Shown piece after piece: positions 1 through 13,879 of a stretch of DNA of 64,000 bases. Position 1 is the stretch's first letter; every line of letters begins with the position of its first letter. Location: NCBI RefSeq assembly GCF_006345805.1, contig NC_043024.1, forward strand, positions 5,642,001 through 5,706,000, given 5' to 3'. The stretch is from Octopus sinensis (lineage: Eukaryota). A model generated the notes under the pieces. It was not told the origin of the DNA. It did no database searches and saw nothing but the letters and a program-made list of their open reading frames with translations. Made by a program: the position numbers and the translations under genes.

Positions 1-330
1 ATAGTAGCATGTTGTATACCATCTCCTTCGTTTATCCCCAGGTATTTTTAATTTTCTTGTGGGTCAAGCTCTTTGATGATAGAGTCGGTATCTAAATTAA
101 TGGAAGTTATTTGCCTGAGCTTGCCTCTTACAAAACTTGCTTTAGCACACTTATCAAGGCCAAAATTCCTCCCGGTGTCATTGCTGAACTCTTTAAGAGT
201 TGTTAGCAGCCCCGTTATTATTATTACAATGAAAGTATCACACGAGAAGGCCCGCCACCCATCATCTCTGCAGCTGGAAATAGCGAGGAGTGGGCTTAAT
301 TTGAGTTGAGATGGTCTGACTACAAACAAG
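1..330 (-). pseudogene. Non-LTR retrotransposon RT C-terminal remnant (R4/Dong-like)
   Basis: Minus-strand translation LLTTLKEFSNDTGRNFGLDKCAKASFVRGKL...KYLGINEGDGIQHA resembles the FGLDKCA/YKYLG RT tail of R4/Dong-type LINEs; frameshifted and cut by the window edge. Confidence 0.65.
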
Positions 331-460
331 CCACTCGTCTTACGAGAAATGACGTAGTCTTTCAGCTTCTCAGATGTTGCAATGATACCCTCAGAAAAGA
401 TCTCTGATGGATGTTTGGCGCTTAGGCTTCCAGTCACATTAAGTCCGCCAAGAAAATGTC

Positions 461-1290
461 ATGGTCGCTCGTGTGCAGCTACAAAAAATGTGCCACGACT
501 GGGACGGCCCGGTCGGGACATTCGCTGCACATTTTCGAGGGCAGGTAGGGGTGTGCAACTTCAAGGTGGAATGCCCCTGGGAGGCCTGGCATGTCACGAT
601 TGATTACAGTGACGTTATAGTCCGCAATGCGCTCATACGTGGTTTGGGGTACAAGGAGATCCGCCTTAACATCCTCGGTAACTCCAATCAGGGCATGACC
701 CGGGAAGAAGCCCTGAAATACATCGAGGCAAAAGAAAGCGGAAAACGCTCAGCCAGCCAGTTCGTGGGTCAGAGCACCACCTCAACCACCTATTTCTTTA
801 TTGCCCAGAAGGGGCTAAACATAGAGGGGACAAACAAGGAAAGTCAAATGGATTAAGTCGATTACATCGACCCCAGTGCGTAACTGGTACTTAATTTATC
901 GACCCCGAAAGGATGAAAGGCAAAGTCGACCACGGCGGAATTTGAACTCAGAACATAACGGCAGACGAAATACGGCTACGCATTTCGCCCGGCGTTCTAA
1001 CGTTTCTGCCAGCTCGCCGCGGTTCGTATGGACACCAGGAGCGGTAATTCTTCATAAAAAAAAACTGGGAACTCCGTGATACACCCACCCCAAACCCCTG
1101 AAGTCACTGCAGAAAACTTGGCCACAGTCGTCATGAGGAATTGCCCCGCCTACAACCAGATGTACGCAATATGTGGTATCCTGCACCACTATGAGAGTGT
1201 CTGCCGCCGACAATGCCGTCCCCAGTAGCAGGTTCAAACCAACGCAGCTGACGCGGAAGACCACACGTCTGTAATATTCAACAGCCTATG
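461..1290 (+). pseudogene. Gypsy-type gag remnant interrupted by a SINE
   Basis: TFAAHFRGQVGVCNF...DYSDVIVRNALIRGL...ILGNSNQGMTREEALKYIEAKESGKRSA, then after the SINE at 788-1020 a degenerate zinc knuckle NCPAYNQMYAICGILHHYESVCR. Confidence 0.55.
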
Positions 1291-1499
1291 GGAGGTAATA
1301 TCGAAAGAAGTTAAAATAGTGTTTGTGAAATGTTTATTACAGTTACTTCCCTTAAAACCTCTTTTTTTTGTTTTTGTTTTTGTATGGGAGGTAGTGAGAA
1401 TGTCTTTATGTAAGCTACGCTGTACTAGTTGTTTCCCTTGAAATATTATATGGTGGGAAAGTCGACCCAGGCGAAATTTGAACTCGGAACATGAACTCT

Positions 1500-1735
1500 G
1501 GCGGCGAGCTGGCAGAAACGTTAGCACGCCGGGCGAAATGCTTAGCGGTATTTCGTCTGCCGTTACGTTGTGAGTTCAAATTCCGCCGAGGTCGACTTTA
1601 CCTTTCATCCTTTCGGGGTCGATAAATTAAGTACCAGTTACGCACTGGGGTTGATGTAATCGACTTAATACCTATGTCTGTCTTTGTTTGTCCCCTCTAT
1701 GTTTAGCCCCTTGTGGGTAATAAAGAAATAGGTAC
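1500..1735 (+). mobile_element. tRNA-derived SINE family A (~240 bp), representative copy
   Basis: A-box/B-box-like head GGCGGCGAGCTGGCAGAAACGTTAGC...GAGTTCAAATTCC. Other copies: 788-1020(-), 13997-14553(-, tandem), 18486-19088(+, tandem), ~26282-26480(-), ~30870-31065(-). Probably one of the known octopus tRNA-SINE families; exact family not assigned. Confidence 0.8.
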
Positions 1736-1774
1736 ATGAACTCTGACAAAGCCTTTCAACAATTCTGCCAACTC

Positions 1775-1810
<36 letters not shown>

Positions 1811-3150
1811 AAACAAAAGAAACCACAGGTAATTAAAATAATCAATCTTTCAAATAAAGACCTTATACCTAACGAAATAAACATACTTTCCAAAGGAATT
1901 AAATATACCCCAACCCCACAACGTTCAAATTACTCTGGAATGAAAGACGATATTTCGGAATTTTGTAGGAAATTAAGACTTGCCGAGGAATTTCATGGCA
2001 AACAAATAGATGATGAATCAATAGCTAGAAACAACAGCGACTACGCCTCTACTAAGGGAAAGAATAAAGCCATAGACCGCTATTGTGGCCACATAACCAA
2101 TTTCCCTTTTCAACTCACCAATAAGCGAAAATACAGCCCAAACTTCAACAAAAGAGAATGGAACGACCTCATCAAACTAAGAGAAGATAAAACAATAATA
2201 ATCAAGGAGGCAGATAAGGGCAACGCGGTAGTTTTAATCTCTTTCTCTCTCTTTTCTTTTACTTGTTTCAGTCATTTGACTGTTTCAGTCATTTGACTGC
2301 GGCCATGCTGAAGCACCGCCTTTAGTCGAGCAAATCGACCCCGGGACTTATTCTTTGTAAGCCCAGTACTTATTCTATCGGTCTCTTTTGCCAAACCACT
2401 AAGTGATGGGGACGTAAACACACCGGCATCGGTTGTCAAGCAATGTTGGGTGGACAAACATATACACACACATACATATACATATATGCGACAGGCTTCT
2501 TTCAGTTTCCATCTACCAAATCCACTCACAAGACATTGGTCGGCCCAAGGCTATAGCAGAAAACACTTGCCCAAGATGCCACGTAGTGGGACTGAACTCG
2601 GAACCATGTGGTTGGTAAGCAAGCTACTTACCACACAGCCACTCCTGCGCCTATTCATAATGAATACAAATAATTATAAAAATTTAGTACTATCCCTATT
2701 AGGTGATGAGACATATTATGAAAGGGCCCAACATTATAATCAACCAAAAATAATGAATAACCTCAGGACATTAATCAACAGATACCGAGAAGGACTCACG
2801 GACAAGGAGTACAATTACATTACTAACTTTAAGTGCAAATCAGGTTTATTCTGCGGTATCCCTAAAGTCCACAAAAGCCAAATAATTAGTGAAACATGCA
2901 AAAAATCTACTGACATACTCATCAAAAACCCTTCACCGAATGATCTTAAACTTGACCGATAATAGCAGGTCCAGCATGTGAAACTCTGAAACCTTTCCTT
3001 AAGCGCATCAAAAGCTACGTAAGAGACGATATAGACATGCTTAACCACCTCCCTAAAACAGTCAATGAGAAAACCCTTCTAGTATCCTTCGACGTAATTA
3101 ACCTTTATTCAAACATCCCCCACACCCTAGGAATAGAAGCGATTACTTTC
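1811..3150 (+). pseudogene. Penelope-like element (PLE) reverse transcriptase fragment, split by a SINE
   Basis: INLSNKDL...ILSKGIKYTPTP, IIIKEADKGNAVV, LFCGIPKVHKS and VSFDVINLYSNIPHTLGIEAITFW are characteristic PLE RT motifs. SINE inserted at ~2244-2650; frameshifted and 3'-truncated. Confidence 0.8.
2244..2650 (-). mobile_element. tRNA-derived SINE family B (~400 bp), representative copy
   Basis: Minus-strand head GGAGTGGCTGTGTGGTAAG...GGTTCCGAGTTCAGTCCC and body ending CAGTCAAATGACTGAAACAAGTAAAAGA. Many further copies, e.g. 31436-31833, 32820-33160, 40540-41085, 43335-43710(+), 45655-45885, 51470-52070, 57660-57810(+). Confidence 0.8.
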
Positions 3151-3168
3151 TGGGACGGGGGACAGTGG

Positions 3169-3517
3169 TGTCATGTACCTGAAAAGAGAGCTCGCATTTA
3201 GCAGAATGCATAAGCAAACAATAGTCTTAAGTTCAACCTTCGTACACTACACTTTCATATTTTGCACTGTGTGATCACTACCTTATATAGTAGGGATGGG
3301 GATGGTGTAAGGCCTTTAGAAGTGTTCATGGGAGACAACCAAAGGATGACAAAATAGGGACTTCCGGTACAGGTGGAGGGGTTGGGAGGGCGGGCGAACA
3401 GCGAACTAGCAAACATGGGCGAGCGCTAGGTATTAAGAGAGAAAGAGACAGACAGAGTGAAGACCAAGAAACAGATAGATAGACATAAAGTGAGCCAGAG
3501 AGGGTGGGGTCACGACA
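3169..3517 (+). mobile_element. Probable isolated LTR preceded by a polypurine tract
   Basis: Termini TGTCATG...CACGACA (TG..CA, 6/7 inverted match) with purine run GGGACGGGGGACAG just upstream; no TSD found. Confidence 0.4.
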
Positions 3518-3575
3518 CGCAGGAGGAATGGTTTCGGGATTCAGTGGCATAGTTAATTGATGAGACAGCAAATGT

Positions 3576-3613
<38 letters not shown>

Positions 3614-4365
3614 AATTATTGTATACAGTGCTCAGGTGCACTACAACTTGACAGAAAGTGCGTATAAAGTATATGCAGTAATGTACAAATGTCTGGGATA
3701 TGAACAGTGTATGAGTCAGATACATGCTTGCTTGTGTATGGAGGGGAAAAAAATCAGGTGTAGTGTTGGCGAATCTCAGGAAGCATGGAAGTTTTGAAGG
3801 ATGCAGTGCTCCGACAACTAACAACTGATGCCGGCAGTTTGTTCCATACTTCAGCAACTCTAAGACAAAATTAGAGACGAATGACTGAGTGATTGTGTGA
3901 TAAACTTTCATAGATGAGTGAAAGAATATGCTGCAGATCAAGGAAATGCGTGAGCTAAGGTTATCTCAGCCATCAACAATTAAGATGAAACTATAGAACT
4001 ATATTTACATGATGGCTATAACCCTGTTTATATAAATCTATAGTGAATTACTGTAAAATATTTCTTCAGAACTGGGATGAATAGGGAAATTCGTCAATCT
4101 CTGGAATTTGTACAAGATGATGCAGTATTCTAGTTAAACTTGGGCAAATTTACAAAGGATTTCACAACATCTTTGCATAGCAGTAAATATATCAGTTGAT
4201 GGAAATATAGCAGAGAGATATTCATTGATTAAATGATACAAATAATTTCTTTTTAAAGACTATTAAGTAAAACTATTCTTAATATCCATATATTCAGTTG
4301 ATAGAGGAAATCTGGATAAAGGAATTTTGTGAGAAACTGAAAGTGTTGACATATTTTCTTGAGAG

Positions 4366-5760
<1,395 letters not shown>

Positions 5761-5929
5761 GTCACTTAACAACAGAATATTCATGCAGGCAACGAGCTAT
5801 ATTGTTGTGATAGAGCGTTAAATAATAAGGCACTAAAAGACAATGAGTCTCTGCAGACAATAAGATATGCTTCAACATGCGAACTCACATAAAGAATCTT
5901 GCAAACCAAAAGAAGTTATTATGATAATA

Positions 5930-6570
5930 ATAATAATACTTTTATTTGCCATTAGAGCAACGAACATTCGGGGAAGGATGTGAGTGGGATGGTCTGAAAC
6001 GAAAGAGGGAAGTATGATATCGCTTCCATCCTGTCCTCAGGTAATCTCAACTCAGTTGCAAGTCACCGGGAAATAAGCCAAACGGAGGTAATGGAAAATC
6101 GTTACACCGAGATTGATGTTGAAAGTAGAGCGAGAGTTAGTTCCCCTGCCAATTAAACCTTCCCAATTCGATTTCCTGCTTTCGTTTTAGACCCGTCTAT
6201 AATTGGTCCCACTTTACGTCTGTTATTAACAGACACCAATTATATATACATGACTGGATGACTCGTACTTAACTGTGTAAAATAATATTTAAATCACAGG
6301 GCATATGGTCACGTATTTTAACCGCGTATATATTAATAGTTAAGTGTTATATCCTGTCATCGAACGCCTACTTGAATGAATGTGGTAATTTAACTAGATC
6401 TGAGTAAGTATTATTAATATTTACATATTTATGTGTCTGTGTGTGTTTGGGGAATGCGCACGCACGTATGTTGATATATATTTCGAGTCAGTTGTACCCC
6501 AGTGAGAAGAAATGCACACGATGTATTGTTACGGGTTGTATGCAATAACCAGTAATGTATTGACACTGTA
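5930..6570 (+). promoter_or_regulatory. Conserved cassette block P0: putative promoter plus non-coding first exon of the next ZNF gene
   Basis: Motif GAGCAACGAACATT at 5955 and donor-like GA|GTAAGT at 6404; homologous to blocks at 13880-15260, 22450-23250 and 40060-41220. Function is inferred only. Confidence 0.45.
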
Positions 6571-8778
6571 TATAGAGAAATATTAATATTTCTGAGTCTT
6601 TCTAAAGACTACGGCAGCGGTACTGGATATTAATAGTTATCGCCAAGCTAATATGACAGTCCAGAAAAATAGGACGAATGCTGCCGTTGATTAGCTCCAA
6701 GAGGCCATCGCCTCTAGCTAGTTATATGACACACGAACCTGTGTCCAAAGGTTATAACCTTTGAACAGGGAGGTCAGCCGCTTCCCCTTGCTGGTCTACT
6801 AACTACAGACTCGTTTCTGGGTATTTGCCCCTTATTAATGTAGAGCAGCCGAACCCAGCAATTTCTTTATTATGATAATAAATATCTTTACAAAGAGGGA
6901 CAATACAGGACGTTACAAACATATAGATGAGCTAGGTGAGTTTATAATTTAAAATAGGATGAATCCTATATACAATTTAAAATTTATTTAAACTTATTTT
7001 CACAACAAATGGACGGAAATCCAGCGACTACACCTTGCTTTTGTAGAGAATACGACCGTACGTAAGGAGTGGTGACAGAAATGTCTCCTTTTTAACGCCA
7101 CACGGTTGCCCTTAACAAAATAAGAAGCCAAATACATGATGTAAAGAATATGTGCCAAAGGAATAAATGGGGTCGACAACCGTTCTACTGTTTGAGAGAA
7201 GACTTTATTTACAAATATGTATAAAGAGAGTGTGTGTGAGTGCTGGCCAAGTGGAGTGTCTGTGTGTTCATGTGTGCGACAGAAGTACAAATAAGGTGTC
7301 ATGCATATAAAATAGAATACAGAGCATAGGAGGAGTCTGTCAGCATATTGAGTTAAGATGGAATTAGTTTACCAGTTCGTAAGTGAGGTACACAATAGTA
7401 ACAGTTCTGTAACAGGATGTTGGGGTCACAAGGCAGAATGCAGGTTGAACACATATCGTGTAGCGGTTGAGGCTTCAATGTTGTGCTGGGTCTATTGATA
7501 CAGAGAGTTCTTTCAGGTAGACTAGAGCTGTTTACCTTGGTGAAAATCACAACAGCTAGAAAGCTAAACCTGAGCGAGTGCTGTGTACATATTGCTGAAG
7601 TCGACGGAGATGGAGACGACGTAGAATTGAAGGACAATGATGGTGATGGCGGAGGCAGAGAAATGTGACAGAGATGGAGAACGCTCTGTCTGTCACTAGA
7701 ACTGGAACATGGCTGAGTCGCTTGGCGGTCAGAGGTTAGTCCTGAACAGAACTGGAACATGATTGAGTGCTCTGTGGTCAGTGACTAGACCTTAGAAAGT
7801 CTAGAGCCAAACACCAGGAATAGTGAATGCTGGCACCTTATAAAGCCTAGGGTAAGCTCAAACAATGCATAAGAAAAACAGTGTCACAAGACCTTATCTG
7901 AAGGCTGTGATTGGTTGACTTACACCCTGGCACAAAATAATTCAAAAGACAAACTGCGCCAGATGCCAACCAATCAGAGCAGTGGAGACAACAGGGTCAA
8001 ACTAGCCAAAGATGGTTGTTATCTAGCACAAGATCATTTCTAATATATCTCTCAAACAGTGAGGATATCAGCTACGCTACACTTTTACCACGGGTGGAAT
8101 TAAGTAGGGACAGTCACTCTAAACTTCCTCACTACATCCCTCCATCCTTTCTCATATATGCTTCGCGACAGTTACCTCATCTCCAGCCCCATCCTGCTCT
8201 TCAGGTACCTGAAGTAGTATAGCAGACCAGTGCCAGAGATGAAGGATCCTGCCTCGATTCCTTGCTTTCCTGTTCTCCATACACACTCCTTCACTACTGC
8301 GACCGTAAACAGAAAACATGCCCCACCTTCCTTTGAAAGTCCAATTGGCGGTACAGGACATTTATACAACCTAACTTAATTTCCATGGTAAAAATAAAAC
8401 AAACTTACATTTTAAGTATGGGGAGGAGCTGCACACAATTTACCAACCTCCTCTTCCTTTTTTTCCTATGGTGTAGCCGATGGTGTAGTCGCTGGGCTAA
8501 GAACAAGTCTTTTGTTGGCCATCTCTTGGCTAACATCTTGTATGTCCTGCGGGTATCTCTCTTTAAATTGTTTGAATATTTCTGCTTCTATCCTTGCTAA
8601 CCATATATTCGGTGGCATGTCTTGTATCAGTTGAAAAATATAGGTTTTTTCATTCGCAGTTAATACTCTTTGTAGAACACTATTTTTCTCATTGTACTTC
8701 ACAATCCTTTCTCTTAATGCATTTTTAGGGTCGGGGTAGATGCAGTTTAGTGAGTAAAAAAAGATATATATATATATA

Positions 8779-8835
8779 CTAGCAGAGATACCCAGCATTG
8801 CCCATGTTACATGCAATTGAAGAATTAGATTTTTC
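8779..8835 (-). mobile_element. Helitron 3' end
   Basis: Reverse complement reads ...GGGCAATGCTGGGTATCTCTGCTAG|T, nearly identical to the hairpin+CTAG end at 50246-50277; 5' extent not determined. Confidence 0.6.
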
Positions 8836-10001
8836 TGTAATGAACTGGAATACCTATGTTTCGAATTTTATCAAAATTGCAGACGAGGGTTATTTCCCTC
8901 TTTACACACCCTAAAAAAATTATAATCGTGCCACATGTTTCCTATAGCACTGATTTTTATGCACATATTCCAAAATTCCAGTCTTATAGAACCTGTGAAA
9001 AGGATTTTGCTCCTGAAAAATGGAGGTCATGGAGCTATAAAATGTGAGAGTTAAGGCCCCTATTGGGGGTGGGTGTCTTAATGTCAACCAGAGAAGTTGA
9101 ATTGTTGAGAATCTTTTTAACTTGGGTCTTATATCTATTGTTTGAATTTCTTTGAAATAGGAAATATATGTTCACTGGGTTTGTAAAAGAGAGCAAAGCT
9201 ACAGGAAACCAAAAGATGAATGATCACAATAAGCAGTCAGCTACCCTACCTTAGTCGTTACCACTCCCAATGTAGGATTCCTCACCATCAAGGTGAGAGG
9301 CACAGCCGTAAGATGCATTACGAATCTATAACAATTGGAAGGGCATGACCCAACTGAAATAAGCATTAACAACTGTGTGAGATGAGGGCTAAGGAGAAAT
9401 GAAAGTGTCATGTTTGGAGTTTGCAAATGACCACTATACTGATACGTAACTGGACAGAATAGATTTACAATCTATAAATGTCTTTGAATAACCAGTCACT
9501 CATGTGGGAAGGCTTTGAAATCAATGTTACCATCTGGGGACTATGTGTGACCCAGTGATAATAAAAAGAGTGAAAGGAGGCCTGCAATCAAATAACTTTA
9601 CTCAACACTTTGCAACTGAATCAGTGGAGGCAAAGATGCCTTTGACAATTTATGCACCACATTGCAGAAATCACAATGTAAGTGTATGTCAAAGCAAACT
9701 GTTACACTGTTGTACCATTGAAAGATGAGAAATAAATTAAATACTTACTCATACCCATGGGTATGAGTAAGTATCTCATTTATTTCTTTGCCGCATTTAT
9801 CACTGACAAAAGGAGGGTTCTTATGAACTAACCCTGAAATTGGTTCGATATGGTAATAATGGCATTTTTTAGAAATCTATGTTGACCTTTTTTGAGTAGC
9901 ATGCTTATTGTGATAAATGATATGGTTATGGACAATGTGTCTAGTTTCGGCATATTTGGCATTAGAAATTTTTTAGTTTGCCCTTATTCATAAGTTATAT
10001 A

Positions 10002-10396
10002 TCTTTATATATAAAAGTAAGGCTGTGTGTCTGTCTCCTACGATTTAGATTCCTAACTACTCCCACATTTTGCGGTGCAGTTTAACCAAAGCGGGTATCT
10101 TATAGTCGTGATTCATATCGAGCCCTTCTGGGTATTAGCACACGTCTACGATGAGTCTACGATTTAAAAAAAAATTTACCATAATTTTTCCCTATTTTTA
10201 ATGCATTTTCGCTCGGTTTATATAAGGGAAGTAACTCTCTAAAAATGTATTATTAAATCTCAAAACGTAAAAAGCTACAGTAACACCCCCCTTTGTGGTT
10301 AGCCATATTGAGATGGCTATTATACTTTACATCTCTAAAAATGTTTATATAGTTATTTCCCTTACAAACCCGAGCAACGCCGGGTAATACTGCTAG
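10002..10396 (+). mobile_element. Non-autonomous Helitron
   Basis: A|TC 5' end, subterminal hairpin CCCGAGCAACGCCGGG, CTAG|T 3' end, no TSD. Confidence 0.75.
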
Positions 10397-10614
10397 TATA
10401 TATAGATATATATATATACACACACACAAAGATAAATTGATAGATACAATTGAGTGGGCAAACAAAAATATTTTGATAAGCCTGGTACTTATTCTCTCAG
10501 TTTTTTCTTGTGAAACTAGTAAGTTATGGGGATGTAAATAAATGAACACCAGTTGTGAAGCAGTGATGAGGGAGAAACACAAAGACACACACATAGACTT
10601 ATATATATACATAC

Positions 10615-10681
<67 letters not shown>

Positions 10682-11034
10682 TGATTTCTTTCAGTTTCTG
10701 TCTACAAAATCCACTGACAAGGCTTTCGTTGGTCTGAGGCTATAGCAGAAGACACATGCCAAGTCACCACACAGTGGAACTGAACCCAAGACCATGTGTT
10801 TTGGAACCAAGTTTGTTACCACACAGCCACACCTGCACCTATGTATGGGTGTATATATATGTATGCATGTATATATGTGTATATATATGTGTACATATTA
10901 CATGTACATCTATATATGTATATACATCTACACATACATGTATACATATACATCTATATCTATAGAAATACATCTATACATATACATGTATACATATACA
11001 TCTATATATATATACATCTTTATATATATGCATG

Positions 11035-11065
<31 letters not shown>

Positions 11066-11952
11066 GTAAATTTAAATTTAAAATAATAAGGGTGAAAAAT
11101 TGAATATTAATTTGATTAATATCAATTTAAAACCAGTGGTACAGCATATTGAAAAGTCTGAAGTTTCAGAAAAATTTATATTACATACATATAAGAGGGA
11201 TGACATGTAAGTGGACATACATTATGCTAGAAGAAGATCCGCTATGGTCTTACCATTCCTTTGTTAGTGATAAAACCATAGTGGATCTTCTTGTAGCAAA
11301 ATGGATGTCTATTCTTAATGGTTCATCCCTCTTATATAATAGTGCTAGTGTTATATATTTAACTTGCAATCTTGGAAATAGAAGAATACATTGAGTAAGT
11401 TCATGTTAAAGTTTACATCTATAATTTGTCTATATAGAACTAAAGTAAAATTTCCTCTGTTGAATCTCATTTTCTCAACCATCCTCTACATCTTATTCTG
11501 TTTCTCTATTATTTCAGGACATCAGATGACATTGACTGAAGAGAATTCTTCACTTCTGATACATCATTCCCATCATCGTATCATGCTTAAAGGAAGATGT
11601 AACCCTGTCTGTATAAATCTTTGATGAATTACTGTAAACTATTTCTTCTGAACTGGGATTTATAGGAATATTTCTCAGCTTCACTGTGTGGAATGTGTTG
11701 AAGATGGTTCTGTATTCTAATTAAGCTTGGAAAAATCTACACACAGGAGTTCACAGCACCTTTGGATAGCAACAAATGTCTTGTTTGATGAAATTATTTC
11801 TCTGCAACAATTTCAGAGAAATTTTCATTATAATTAAAATATAAAAATGAAAGAAGTAAAAACACTTTTAATGTCCATGTTTTCTGGTGATTGTGGAAGA
11901 ATCGTAGGAATTAATTTTGTAAGAAGCTGAGAAGATAGATATTATTTGAGAG

Positions 11953-12462
11953 ATGCCAAGAGTGACAGGAAAATCATATGAGTTTGACATATTTGAAAAG
12001 TCCTCCCAAGAATGCAATCTCAAAGACATTCATACTGGAGAGAAGCCATATCATTGTGATGTCTGTGGCAAATGCTTTCCTAAAAGTGATGCCTTAACAA
12101 GACATGTACGTATTCATACAGGAGAGAAACCATATCCCTGTGATGTCTGTGGTAAATCATTCTCTATAAGTGGTGCTTTAAGAAGACACAATCGCACTCA
12201 TACAGGGGACAAACCATATCACTGTGATATCTGTGGAAGGACATTCTCCCAAACAGATTTCTTAACAAGACACAAACGTATTCATTCAGGAGAAAAGCCA
12301 TATCAGTGTGATATTTGTGGTAAATCCTTCTCTCACAGCAGCACTGTACCAAGACACAAACGTACTCATACAGGAGAGAAACCATATCACTGTAATATCT
12401 GTGGCAGAACCTTTTCCCAAAGTGGTTTCTTAACAAGGCACAAATGCATTCCTAAAGGATAG
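11953..12462 (+). CDS. C2H2 zinc-finger protein (cassette 1): degenerate first finger plus 5 fingers, last lacking its final His
   Basis: Open 169-aa ORF with TGEKPY linkers; upstream acceptor-like TTTCAG| at 11517. Confidence 0.8.
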   Translation: MPRVTGKSYEFDIFEKSSQECNLKDIHTGEKPYHCDVCGKCFPKSDALTRHVRIHTGEKPYPCDVCGKSFSISGALRRHNRTHTGDKPYHCDICGRTFSQTDFLTRHKRIHSGEKPYQCDICGKSFSHSSTVPRHKRTHTGEKPYHCNICGRTFSQSGFLTRHKCIPKG

Positions 12463-13029
12463 AAGCCATATCACTGTGATGTCTTTGGCACAAACACATT
12501 TATACAGGCAAGAAACCACGTTGATGCAAAATTCGTGTTCTGTCATTTTCTTGTAGTGATGATTTAGCTAAATACAAGCTTTTTCATGTAGGAAAATATC
12601 TTCAGCAGAGTAATTGTTATGAAAACAGGAGATTGGACATTTTTTTGGTATTAGTTTCAAAGTAAGCACCTCCACTGCAATTTTTTTTTAATTTCTTTTT
12701 CAGATTTCTTTTATAAACACGATTATGATTATTTTAAAGAAATGTCAATAAAGTAATATAACAGATATTTATAAAATTCACAATTACATGAAAAGTTAAG
12801 TTTTAAATAAAGTTATATCCAGTTAAAGGATTTTCTCTCAAATTTTATATATCTTTCAAAATTCCTCGTTTAGCCATTGGCTGCAGGTTCCCCATTTTCC
12901 ACTCAGCTAATGTCTAAATCACAGGGGCCACTCATTTTGGAACTTCTTCCTGCATTTATCAACCTGTGGACCTGGATTGAATCTGACCTGAAAGGCCTAA
13001 ACTGAACCCTCTGTCAAACAAATGAACCA

Positions 13030-13380
13030 TCATCATTATCATCATCGTTTAACGTCCGTTTTCCATGCCAGCATGGGTTGGACAGTTCGACCAGGGGTCT
13101 GGGAAGCCAGGAGGCTGCACCAGGCTCCAGTCTGGTCTGGCAGTGATTCTACATCTAGATGCCCTTCCTAACGCCAACCACTCCGAGAATGTAGTGGGTT
13201 CTTTTTATGTGCCACCGGCACAGGTGCCAGAGGGGGCTGGCAACGGCCACAATTGGCCGGTGATTTTTACGTGCCACCGGCACAGAAGCCAGTCAAGGCA
13301 GCACTGGCATCGACCACGTGCGGATGGTGCTTTTTATATGCCACCGGCACAGGTGCCACGGGAGGCTGGCAACGGCCCCC
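13030..13380 (-). mobile_element. SINE/non-autonomous retroelement family C, representative copy
   Basis: Central GGAAGGGCATC motif and (GAT)n tail ...AAAACGGACGTTAAACGATGATGAT on -. Other copies 16465-16800(-), 18250-18468(+), 42915-43065(-), 57090-57390(+), 62225-62500(-). Confidence 0.7.
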
Positions 13381-13879
13381 TACATAGACTTACTTGAAAC
13401 ACACAAACATTTCTCTGAATCAGTGCATCTTACTGTTACTCTCCCAGAACGGTGCCAATCACTTTCGTCTATGATGTGTGTTAACACCCATAAAAGTGAC
13501 ATCCGTTCCTCAATGCAAACACTACTCTCGTGTCCCAGGTCAACCATGCTATCTCTCAGCATCTCCATCCTGCACAGCAAACACCCCAATACCAAAACTG
13601 AGTAAAACAACGAGAGGTGTTATCTTTGCCAGAGTGAGTGTGTGATTTAAAAATAAAATTGTGATGAGTAGCCATTCAGTTTGACCACCAAACAGATACA
13701 GCTGTACATTGTAAGAATCCAGTTTCTGAAGATGGAACTGGTTATGGTTAGAACAATTAGATTTCTGCGATGGTCACTTCTACCGTAACTTGAGACTGAT
13801 TTTAGATTCAGAGCCCTTCTACAATTTATTGGTAGTTATTATAATTTTAAGTTGCTGGGGGAAAAAAGAGTAATGATGA

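Noticed and set aside
1500-1590. tRNA gene
   Set aside because: A/B boxes are present, but there is no cloverleaf and the head is fused to a repeated body; it is a SINE head. The same applies to the other SINE heads.
7339-7989. Solo LTR (TGTC...GACA termini)
   Set aside because: No TSD, PBS or PPT and no second copy in the window.
10542-11086. Tyr/Ile/His-rich ORFs (also 18108, 41420-41837, 44603-45266)
   Set aside because: Translations of (TA)n/(CA)n microsatellites.
11530-11950. N-terminal coding extension of the ZNF genes
   Set aside because: Conserved among cassettes, but no reading frame stays open in any copy; treated as probable 5' UTR or decayed linker.
12164-12436. Minus-strand ORFs over the ZNF genes (also 20255-20680, 30390-30593)
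   Set aside because: Antisense shadows of the repetitive zinc-finger codons.
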